A stretch of 64,000 nucleotides of DNA, from NCBI GenBank assembly GCA_965207225.1, contig CBDBLV010000005.1:320001-384000 (forward strand). Direction: 5' to 3'. The notes beneath the pieces are model-generated. The model made no database searches, was not told the origin of the DNA, and saw only the letters and a program-made list of their open reading frames with translations. The stretch is from Dehalococcoidia bacterium. GTDB taxonomy: Bacteria > Chloroflexota > Dehalococcoidia > Plut-88900. Both the position numbers and the translations under genes were made by a program. Positions 30,182 to 37,950 of this stretch are shown one piece after another. The first letter of the stretch is position 1. Each line of letters begins with the position of its first letter.

Positions 30182-30483
30182 CAGATGCTCATCTCCACCG
30201 GGCGTCCCAGGTCGTTGTCCCGCTCGGTATAGATCTCCTCTAGCAGAGACTCCACGTCGGCATCGTCGATTTCCCGCCACGCCCCCGCCAGGGCGAGAGC
30301 TCCCTGGGGTCTTTCGGATGTCGTCTGAGCCTGCCCAAGGTATTCCAGGTCGGAGACCCTCACCAAGGCTACCCAGGGTTTGTTTCGCCGTTCGATGATG
30401 ACGTGCGGCCCCCCGTAGGCCACCTCTGACGCTATGGCCGAAAGTTGAGCCTTGGCCTGCGCTGCGCTCACTCTTCTAACCAT
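30181..30483 (-). CDS. Phd/YefM-family antitoxin
   Basis: VSAAQAKAQLS...IIERRNKP-x-x-ALV; AGGAGG RBS; coupled to the toxin. Confidence 0.85.
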   Translation of the reverse strand: MVRRVSAAQAKAQLSAIASEVAYGGPHVIIERRNKPWVALVRVSDLEYLGQAQTTSERPQGALALAGAWREIDDADVESLLEEIYTERDNDLGRPVEMSI

Positions 30484-30662
30484 TGTTCGCACCTCCTGCT
30501 GTATGACTGATTAGCCGACATGACCAATTGTATCTCATATAGACTACAATGACCAGAAGGTCTGTGTGCTGGTATGCACTGGGCTGGGCGAATGTCGGCG
30601 CGTTGGTGGATGCGCTCGACGTCTCTTCGCCTACCATGAGGGACATGCTTCTCCGGCGGATT

Positions 30663-30974
30663 CTATGCGGGTTGGTAGCGCTGGACGCTGACCTCGCTCT
30701 CCCTGGCCCGCATCCGCGAGGCGTCGTGCCAAGCCTGCATACGCAGCAGCATGTCCATGTTCACGTCAAACGCCTTTTCGATGCGAAGGGCCATCTCCGG
30801 CGACAGTGAGGCGTTGGCGTTGAGAAGGTCGGATAGGGTCGCCCTGCGAACGCCGAGTATCTCGGCCGCCCTCTTCACGCTTAGTCCCAACTGCTCGATG
30901 ACCTCCGTGCGGACGAAGTCGCCCGGATGGGAAGGCGTCATGCGTACTTTGATATTGCTATCGTCGTTGACCAT
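30663..30974 (-). CDS. higA: HigA antitoxin
   Basis: HPG-x-x-x-R-x-E, HTH, SPEMALR. Confidence 0.9.
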   Translation of the reverse strand: MVNDDSNIKVRMTPSHPGDFVRTEVIEQLGLSVKRAAEILGVRRATLSDLLNANASLSPEMALRIEKAFDVNMDMLLRMQAWHDASRMRARESEVSVQRYQPA

Positions 30975-31264
30975 CAGTGGTAGTCCTCCAAGTTCAGCCG
31001 ATATATGTGTCCGTCGTCCTCTTCAAAGGTGATCCGCCAGTTGCCGGATACCGAGACGCTCCATTCTCGTCTTCGGTCTCCCGAGAGCCTGTGAACGCGC
31101 CAGCCGGGAGGCGCGTCGGCGATGAAGGCGTCCATGCGATCGGCCAGGATGACGACAGTCAGAATCCTGCGGACCCGGTCAACCAGCTCATGGGGCAGGA
31201 ATCGGCAGTCATCGTCTTCCAGCAGCCTGCGCAATCCCCTGTGGCGGACGGATCGGACGATCAT
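30974..31264 (-). CDS. higB: HigB/RelE-like toxin
   Basis: RHRGL, H-x-L-x-GDR, WSVSVSGNWRITF, EDYH. Confidence 0.9.
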   Translation of the reverse strand: MIVRSVRHRGLRRLLEDDDCRFLPHELVDRVRRILTVVILADRMDAFIADAPPGWRVHRLSGDRRREWSVSVSGNWRITFEEDDGHIYRLNLEDYH

Positions 31265-31266
31265 GC

Positions 31267-31297
31267 CACAAGTGTACGTCCATACCGTACATTTGTG
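31267..31297. promoter_or_regulatory. Inverted-repeat operator upstream of higBA
   Basis: CACAAGTGTACG-N7-CGTACATTTGTG (11/12 match). Confidence 0.6.
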
Positions 31298-31548
31298 CAA
31301 GTCCCTCCTATAGACAGGCTAGGAGAAGACTGGCGGCGGACATGGAAGAGGGGTTGGCCAGAGGGAATGAAGGTGACAGAAGAGTACAACAGGTGCGCGT
31401 CGGGCATTCGCGCCTGTTCGCGCAGTTGGCGCCACGGCCAAGGGGATTTGAGGCATCGCTGGGCCAACTTTCCGGCAGAATGAAACCCGATCGGAAAATT
31501 GGCGTCAAATTGCTGCGTGCCGTGGAGGGCGGCGTTCTGGCAACTCAC

Positions 31549-31929
31549 TCACGATGCGGGTTGGAGTTCCTCAATCGTGACCTCTGCGTCACTGTAAGCG
31601 TCCATCGTAACCCGGCTACCCCAGATCAGTGCCATGCCCAGCAGCGGAGCGCTATCCGATTGCAACACCAGAACGTCGCTTATGCGGCTATGCCAAGAGA
31701 CTGAGCCAAGGTAGACCTGGAAATCAAATAGCTCACCGTTGGCCAGCTCGAAAGTCCGCTGACCGACGGACGGCAACCCCAGATCGCTGACGGTTCGTGG
31801 GGACAGAGTAAGGTATCCGGTGAAACCGGTGTCGAGGACCACCTCGACTGGCTGGAGACGCCCATAGCCATCCATGATGTCTACGACAATCAGGGCCTGT
31901 TGGTCGCCACTTACGCTTCCCCTAATCAC
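31549..31929 (-). CDS. Clan AA (retropepsin-like) aspartic protease
   Basis: LDTGFTGYL, LANG flap, PLLGM; homologue of 16316..16696. Confidence 0.85.
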   Translation of the reverse strand: MIRGSVSGDQQALIVVDIMDGYGRLQPVEVVLDTGFTGYLTLSPRTVSDLGLPSVGQRTFELANGELFDFQVYLGSVSWHSRISDVLVLQSDSAPLLGMALIWGSRVTMDAYSDAEVTIEELQPAS

Positions 31930-32197
31930 GGTGTACAGGCGTCCGAAAACCGCCGACGTGACTGTATGCCGCGCGATGGCCGACGCGCACCCCGTAGGTC
32001 ACTGCGTTCGGTCTACGCTTCAGCAGCCGTCGCGTGGCGGCAGCGTCTCTTGCGTCGATTTCGTAGTCGCCGGACTCGACGTCGATGACTACGAACGTGC
32101 CCCTTTCCACAGAGCCAATTCGGTCTTGGATCTTCTCCTTGTAGATGGATGCTCCAAGGGCCGTTATCTCCCCGGGGCCGTAGTCTCGATGTGCCAT
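31922..32197 (-). CDS. Small hypothetical protein, partner of the aspartic protease
   Basis: Homologue of 16060..16323; GGAGG RBS; 8-nt overlap with the protease gene. Confidence 0.75.
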   Translation of the reverse strand: MAHRDYGPGEITALGASIYKEKIQDRIGSVERGTFVVIDVESGDYEIDARDAAATRRLLKRRPNAVTYGVRVGHRAAYSHVGGFRTPVHRD

Positions 32198-32283
32198 AGC
32201 GCCCTCCTCCAATTGTTCTTTGGGAAGCGTCCTGACGACTCTAAAGATACGCTTCACAGCGTTCTTCAGTCAATCCAATGCGG

Positions 32284-32541
32284 TCAGTCTCCACGGCCCC
32301 CGTCGACTTCTTTTTCAATCCCGTCCGTTGCCGTGCCACCGGCGTGCGGAAGGTCCGAGGTGGTGTCCTCCCCCTGCGCGTCCTGACAATCCTGGGTGGC
32401 GTATCTGATCATCAGGGACATGAGACGGCGCAGCCGGTCCTCGGCGTCGGGTCCCGGCTTGGAGAATACCCTTACCCTGCCTATCTCCGAGGCTTCGCTG
32501 CGGGGCTTGGCCCGCCTTTTGTGTCCGTTGCTATCCTTCAT
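32284..32541 (-). CDS. Small hypothetical protein
   Basis: 85-aa ORF co-directional with the HTH cassette and the recombinase. Confidence 0.55.
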   Translation of the reverse strand: MKDSNGHKRRAKPRSEASEIGRVRVFSKPGPDAEDRLRRLMSLMIRYATQDCQDAQGEDTTSDLPHAGGTATDGIEKEVDGGRGD

Positions 32542-32722
32542 ATCCGTCTATTCACTCGGCCAATTTCAGGGCGCAGGTGTACCCCTGCGCTCACCCCATC
32601 GGCTTTTCGGAAGCAGCCGCTGTGCGGTATCTGCCTCTCTATCGGTCCTACTCCCTTCTCGCGTCGGTGCGAGCGTTCTTCAAAGGCTGGAGCCGTCCTG
32701 CGCGGGGTCTGCGGCCCCGCGC

Positions 32723-33028
32723 CTACTCAGCCCGGATTTGGTCCGTCGGCCCGTGAATGGGCGCGTCCGCGACTCTCATGGCGGGCAGCAGATGCCCCAG
32801 TCCCAGGTCTTGGGCGAGGTCGTGCAGGGCCAGGAGATAGCGGTAGCTGGGCCTGCTCAATCCCCTTCGCCATCTGTGCAGCGTGGTAGTGGTCGTTCCG
32901 AGCCGCCATGCGATCTCGTCCCAACTCATCCCCGACGCCTCTTTGAAGTTCTCCAGCACCTGGGGGAAGCCGTAATCCGGGAGAGCGTTTCGGCGGACGC
33001 TCCTCTGAGGTGTCCGCCCATGCGACAT
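32723..33028 (-). CDS. XRE-like HTH protein (cassette gene C)
   Basis: FKEASGMSWDEIAWRLGT-x4-LHRWRRG; homologue of 62232..62522. Confidence 0.75.
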   Translation of the reverse strand: MSHGRTPQRSVRRNALPDYGFPQVLENFKEASGMSWDEIAWRLGTTTTTLHRWRRGLSRPSYRYLLALHDLAQDLGLGHLLPAMRVADAPIHGPTDQIRAE

Positions 33029-33035
33029 GGGACCG

Positions 33036-33368
33036 CTAGACCCACCGGATGGAGGCCATGTATCCGTTGCCCATGAGGATGTCGAGGCCGCCCGGAATGA
33101 GCGCCGCGATCCTCACGAGGGCGTAGAACCCGTCGCCGTCGGGCTTGATGGGCTTGCGGCCCTTCTTCTTGGGTCTGCGCCACCTGTGCACGCGCTTCTT
33201 GTCGATGCCGATGGCGTCGGCGAAGGCGTTCCAGGTGAGGTTGCTGGCCTCCTTGAGCATTTCCAGCCGCTCGGGGAAGTCCTCGGGCAGCACGCCGCTC
33301 TGGTAGGGCGCAATGAGTCCCGCGACGTTGATGCCGGTCTCGTCGGGGTTGCCGTTACGGTGTTCCAT
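33036..33368 (-). CDS. XRE-like HTH protein (cassette gene B)
   Basis: LPEDFPERL-x-x-LKEAS-x-LTW; homologue of 61888..62220. Confidence 0.75.
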   Translation of the reverse strand: MEHRNGNPDETGINVAGLIAPYQSGVLPEDFPERLEMLKEASNLTWNAFADAIGIDKKRVHRWRRPKKKGRKPIKPDGDGFYALVRIAALIPGGLDILMGNGYMASIRWV

Positions 33369-33645
33369 CTTGCTCCTCCTCTTCGTCGAGCCTGAACAGC
33401 TCGCTGAAGTCCTCGATGCCGAGGGCCTTGAGCATCCGCCTGCGGATGCGGCCGGAGGGAGCGCGGCCTGCGGTGACCAGCTTGGACATGTAGCCGGAGC
33501 TGATGCCTATCTCCTGGGCGAGCCAGTTCTGGGAGCGGTTCAGCAGCGCCAACCGCTTCCAGAGGGACCGGGCGTCGAGGCGCACGGTCGAGCCTGCGCC
33601 CCGCCTCCGGCGGCCTCTCGGTCGGTCTGTCCTGTTCGATGTCAT
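33355..33645 (-). CDS. XRE-family HTH protein (cassette gene A)
   Basis: SQNWLAQEIGISSGYMSKL; homologue of 61652..61891. Confidence 0.8.
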   Translation of the reverse strand: MTSNRTDRPRGRRRRGAGSTVRLDARSLWKRLALLNRSQNWLAQEIGISSGYMSKLVTAGRAPSGRIRRRMLKALGIEDFSELFRLDEEEEQDGTP

Positions 33646-33712
33646 GGTTCGAAGACCTCCTTTCTGGACGGGCCGGGAGCCGCCGCTCCACTCCCGCCCC
33701 GTTCCGGGGGAT

Positions 33713-35338
33713 TCATCGGTTCCGCAGGACGTGGGCGGGTTCCCAGTCGTGGGGAGTCCTCCACGTCCTTCCCAGCGGCCCCAGGGACGCGATTGACTCC
33801 CTGTGGGATACCCACAGGGGCACGCCGACGGCGGTGCGGTTTATCTCGCGCCGGGCCACTCTCAGGAAGTTGGCTGCGGCCAGGTCGTCGTCGAAGACGA
33901 TGAGGACGGCGGGCCGTACTCCGTGGTCGTCGATGGGACCGTGAGATGAGTAGTAGCGCAGATAGGGTGCAAGGCGGGTCGCCATGGTCGAGGGTCGCAC
34001 GGCCCGTCGCTCCCACTCCAGGAAGAATGCCCACGCAGCCGGACCTCTTCCGAGGAGGCCAAAGGCGTCGGGGTTGACGGATCGCCTTCGGCCTTCGTGC
34101 CTGAAGTGGCGCGATGCCCTCTTGGGCGGGTCGATCTGGACGACCTGCCATCCCAGGGTGTTGGCCTGTCTCGCCAGGGATGCAATGAAGGCGTGAACGG
34201 CGTCGGTATGCTGGACGTTCCTGAGCAGTTGACGGGTTCTGCCGCCGGACACGTTGCGCCACTCGCACGGGGCGTCGCCGTCCTGGAGGGCGACGCTCCA
34301 TCGCCTTCTCGCCACGGCGACGGAGGTTCGGTCTCTGCGGGCCAGCAGCGCGATCCCCCGGTCAGTGAGGGCCAGGCGTCCGCTGCTCTTGATGGGCCGG
34401 GTCACGAGGCCGAACCCTTCCAGGGGGTTCACGATCTGGGAGACTCGGCGGGTGGAGACGACCATGAGGCTGGCGAGTTCGGTGCGGGACATCCAGGGCC
34501 AGTCGAAGATGAGGTCGAGAGCCCGCTTCTCAGCGGGCCTGAGCAGTACGGGCAGCGCGGGGGCCGTGTTCGTGTCTGAGTCTTCCGGCATGAGCGCCGC
34601 CGACGGAGGAGCCTCAACGGGTATCTCTCCGCCGGGTTGGAGTTGGTCCAGGGCGTTCCGCAGATCCGTCGCTGGGCCGGAGGCCGAGGGAAGCCACACC
34701 GGGTCTTCGGGCGCGGCGAGAACGGCGTCCTGCTCCAAGGCCAACAGCCCGTTCACCCTGCGGGGCGTCATCCTGCGCGCGTGCCTCAACCGTACCTCGT
34801 CGGTGGCGAGGACGAACACCGTCCCGGGCGATTCTCCCTGTCCCAGCTTCCACAGCCGTCGTGAGAATCCCGTCCTGTCGGATGCGTGTCCCTGTCTTGC
34901 GATCCCCAGGGTCCTGCCGCCGGGGAGGGTCATGGCGGCGTCGAGGGGGCCGGAGCGGTAGAGCCGCAGGCCGATGGGGAAGGCGACGGCAGCCACGGTG
35001 GAGGCCAGGCGGTAGACGACGGCGAGGGCGTCGAGCCTGTCCGTCAGGATGCGCAGCCACTGCGCGGAGACAGGCCGTGAGCGCAGAAGGTCATCGAGGG
35101 AAGAGTCCTCGGCTTTTGCAACTGCCCGCAGCCCTGTGCCGGTGATGCGGTAACGACGGGTGGGCGGGGTCAGGTCGGCGGCGTGGGGAATGGAGGCGAC
35201 AAGTCCCGCGGCCTCCAGCCTTCGGACTGTCTCGTACACCGCGCTCCTGGACATGCCCGACATGGCGGCCAACTCCAGCCGGTCGATGAAGGGCATGTCG
35301 ACAAGCTCTTGAAGCAGTTCAAGGTCGGCGGGCCTCAT
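33713..35338 (-). CDS. Replication-relaxation family protein with duplicated wHTH modules
   Basis: C-half wHTH + HT, PDAFG, FFLEWER; N-half a degenerate repeat; coupled to the T4CP stop. Confidence 0.7.
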   Translation of the reverse strand: MRPADLELLQELVDMPFIDRLELAAMSGMSRSAVYETVRRLEAAGLVASIPHAADLTPPTRRYRITGTGLRAVAKAEDSSLDDLLRSRPVSAQWLRILTDRLDALAVVYRLASTVAAVAFPIGLRLYRSGPLDAAMTLPGGRTLGIARQGHASDRTGFSRRLWKLGQGESPGTVFVLATDEVRLRHARRMTPRRVNGLLALEQDAVLAAPEDPVWLPSASGPATDLRNALDQLQPGGEIPVEAPPSAALMPEDSDTNTAPALPVLLRPAEKRALDLIFDWPWMSRTELASLMVVSTRRVSQIVNPLEGFGLVTRPIKSSGRLALTDRGIALLARRDRTSVAVARRRWSVALQDGDAPCEWRNVSGGRTRQLLRNVQHTDAVHAFIASLARQANTLGWQVVQIDPPKRASRHFRHEGRRRSVNPDAFGLLGRGPAAWAFFLEWERRAVRPSTMATRLAPYLRYYSSHGPIDDHGVRPAVLIVFDDDLAAANFLRVARREINRTAVGVPLWVSHRESIASLGPLGRTWRTPHDWEPAHVLRNR

Positions 35339-37902
35339 TACTTCGCCTCCCCGTCCTTGCGTTTGCGCCCACGGCCGCTGGTGTGCTTCCATCGTTCAGC
35401 GCCGTGGGGAGTCTTTCCCTTGGCCTCAGTCGCGGGAGCTTCGTCTCCTTTCAGCTCTCCCAAGCCTCTGCGATACTCGCTCACCTTCCCATCGCCCTCC
35501 GATTCGCCGTGGGCGATCTGCTGGGCCGATAGGGTGTATTCGGATGTTGCGGCGCGAACGCGGGCGGCGACGGCGGAGTCTCCCTCCTCGGGCTTGCGCA
35601 CCTCCATCGAGAAGGCGGGCATCCGCTCGGTGCCCACGGTGGCACGGACGTAGCAGTTATGGACGGGCAGGGACACGACGTCGTCCTCGGACACCCGGTC
35701 CTTGCCAAGCTCCCACACCAGGGTCCTGGCGTCGGAGCCCGCCACCTGGAAGACGGCCAGGCACCCTACGTTGGCGAGGATGGTGTCCCGCATGGTGCGG
35801 GAGAGGTCGTCCAGCTTGGCCAGGCTCTGGGTCGCCAGCACGAAGGACGCTCCGAACTTCCCAAGCTCGCTGAGCATCGACTCGTAGTCCACGCCGGGCA
35901 TGGACTGCATCTCGTCCACGACGACCAGCGCGCCGCGACGTTCCCTGAGAGACAGGCTTCCCTGCTCCCGTATCACGGCGTCCACCAGGTTCAGGAGCGA
36001 CGCGCCCACCAGGGCGGCCACGTCCCTGCCCACCGTTCCCTGGGAGGTGGAGACCAGCAGCACGCCGCCGTCGTGGATGGTCCTTCTCAGGTCGATGGTG
36101 GAGCGGCGCTGCCCGAGGATGGCCCTCGCCCGCTTGGAGGACGCGTAGTAGGAGAGACGGGTCTGGACGGGGGCCAGGGCCTCCGCCTTGTACTGGCGGC
36201 CCCACTTGCCGAAGTCCCTGGCCCACCACTCCAGCAGGTAGGGGTCGGAGACCCTCTTGCGCACCTGCTTGGCGAACTCATCGTCCGAGAGCAGCTTCAG
36301 GCCGTCGAGGATGGTGTACTGCTGTTCGGCCTCCATCTGCTCGTTGGCCTCGTGGAGGGTCTTGACGGTCTGCTCGAGGATGGACTGCATCCTCGGCCCC
36401 CACTGTTCCCAGAGGCCCCTGGCGACCCGGACCACAGAGTCAGCGGTGCGGTCCCGGTCGGTGAAGACGCGGGTGTCCAGCAGGTTGACGCCGGGGGAGC
36501 GGGAGGCGTCGGACAGGTCGAGAAGGCGCACCCGGTTGACGAGGGACTCTGGGACCTGTTCGAGGATGCCCGCCACCAGGTCGGTGTGGGGGTCGATGAC
36601 GACGATGGCGTCGGAGTCCCTGCCTGCCGCCTTCTCCTTCATCTTGTGGGCGACGATGTGGTGCATGAGCGTTGACTTGCCCATGCGGGTGCGGGCCACG
36701 TAAAGGTGGTGCCGCCTGAGCAGGTCGTCGGGGAAGTGGACGGGCATTGGTTTGCCCGCCGTGGTGTCGCCCACCAGCGCCCCGGCTCTGATGCCTCTCG
36801 CCGATGGGATGAGACCCTTCGCTCCCGACCGCTCCACCAATGGCGTCTCGTCGCCCGCTCCGGGCGGGTGCCACAGGCAGGCTGCCTCTCGGACTCCCAG
36901 CACGCTGCGCCTCCCCAACAGGCCGGCGCCTGAGGGGTGAAGCACGTTGGAGTCAAGAACCACCCGCTTGACCTTCCCCACCTTGAGCCTGGCTCCGGCG
37001 GGGTTGTCGAAGTGGCGGTAGGCGGCGGCCACCGGCTCAAGCAGCTCGGCCGCGCGTTGATGTCCCGTGCCGGAGGGCATGATCGCCGTCACCTGTATCT
37101 CTGCGTCGAAGGCGATGCGGGAGACCTTCTCCTTGATGAGCAGGGGGTCTTCAACCCGGTTCCTCGCCTTCTTGAAGCGGTGCCATGCCCAGCCACCGAT
37201 GCCAAGCCCCAGGGCCGTTCCGATGCCAAGCAGCACCGTCTTCCACGTCTCGCCGCCCTGCACCCACAGGTAGCCCTGGAGGGCGGCCAGTGCCCCGATG
37301 CCGAGGACGGCCATGGTCACCCCGTCCATCTGGAGCGGCTTGGTCTGGTAGGTGTAGGAGGGCTCCCGCTGCTCCTGGCCGGGCCGCTTGTGGGCCTTCT
37401 CCATGTGGTGCTGGGACCAGTCGGGGCCGAGGGAGTTCAGCTTGAGTTGAGCCACCACCCGCTCCCCCTCGTGGAGGGACGACAGCGCGCCCATGAGGGC
37501 GATGAGGGGGTCGGAGCCGGGGTCGAGGAGGTCGTCGTCGCGGAAGGTGCGCAGGGGGACATACTCGGGGCCGTCGGCCCTGAGCGTCATCGACCACGCC
37601 TGCTCGCCGTCTCCCAGGCGCAAGGGATCGTTGTTTGGGTCCACCTTCTGTATGCGGGCCTGGGGATAGTGGGCGGCGATCTGGCCGCGTACCACCCGGT
37701 CGTCGATGCAGCGGGCCATCAGCGTCACGCCGTCCATGTCCCCGGCAAGCTCCAGGGAGAAGGGTTCGGGCACGGCGATGGACTGGAGCAGGTTCTCCAC
37801 GCCCAGCAGGGTGCGCTCCCCCGTCCTCGGCGGCGTCACCGCAAGCAGCGCCGGGGTCTTGTCGGGGCCTCCAAACAGTCTTCGTATCGGGTTCTGTTTC
37901 AT
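35338..37902 (-). CDS. Type IV coupling protein (VirD4/TraD-like ATPase)
   Basis: TM pair, HLYVARTRMGKS, IDPH, VVDEMQ, LATQ, ILANVG. Confidence 0.85.
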   Translation of the reverse strand: MKQNPIRRLFGGPDKTPALLAVTPPRTGERTLLGVENLLQSIAVPEPFSLELAGDMDGVTLMARCIDDRVVRGQIAAHYPQARIQKVDPNNDPLRLGDGEQAWSMTLRADGPEYVPLRTFRDDDLLDPGSDPLIALMGALSSLHEGERVVAQLKLNSLGPDWSQHHMEKAHKRPGQEQREPSYTYQTKPLQMDGVTMAVLGIGALAALQGYLWVQGGETWKTVLLGIGTALGLGIGGWAWHRFKKARNRVEDPLLIKEKVSRIAFDAEIQVTAIMPSGTGHQRAAELLEPVAAAYRHFDNPAGARLKVGKVKRVVLDSNVLHPSGAGLLGRRSVLGVREAACLWHPPGAGDETPLVERSGAKGLIPSARGIRAGALVGDTTAGKPMPVHFPDDLLRRHHLYVARTRMGKSTLMHHIVAHKMKEKAAGRDSDAIVVIDPHTDLVAGILEQVPESLVNRVRLLDLSDASRSPGVNLLDTRVFTDRDRTADSVVRVARGLWEQWGPRMQSILEQTVKTLHEANEQMEAEQQYTILDGLKLLSDDEFAKQVRKRVSDPYLLEWWARDFGKWGRQYKAEALAPVQTRLSYYASSKRARAILGQRRSTIDLRRTIHDGGVLLVSTSQGTVGRDVAALVGASLLNLVDAVIREQGSLSLRERRGALVVVDEMQSMPGVDYESMLSELGKFGASFVLATQSLAKLDDLSRTMRDTILANVGCLAVFQVAGSDARTLVWELGKDRVSEDDVVSLPVHNCYVRATVGTERMPAFSMEVRKPEEGDSAVAARVRAATSEYTLSAQQIAHGESEGDGKVSEYRRGLGELKGDEAPATEAKGKTPHGAERWKHTSGRGRKRKDGEAK

Positions 37903-37950
37903 TTCTGTTACTCCTCCCTATGTATGGGTCTCTTCTGCGTTTTCGCCGTC

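Noticed and set aside
28922-32283. Integron cassette array
   Set aside because: No shared attC-like repeat between modules and no tyrosine integrase
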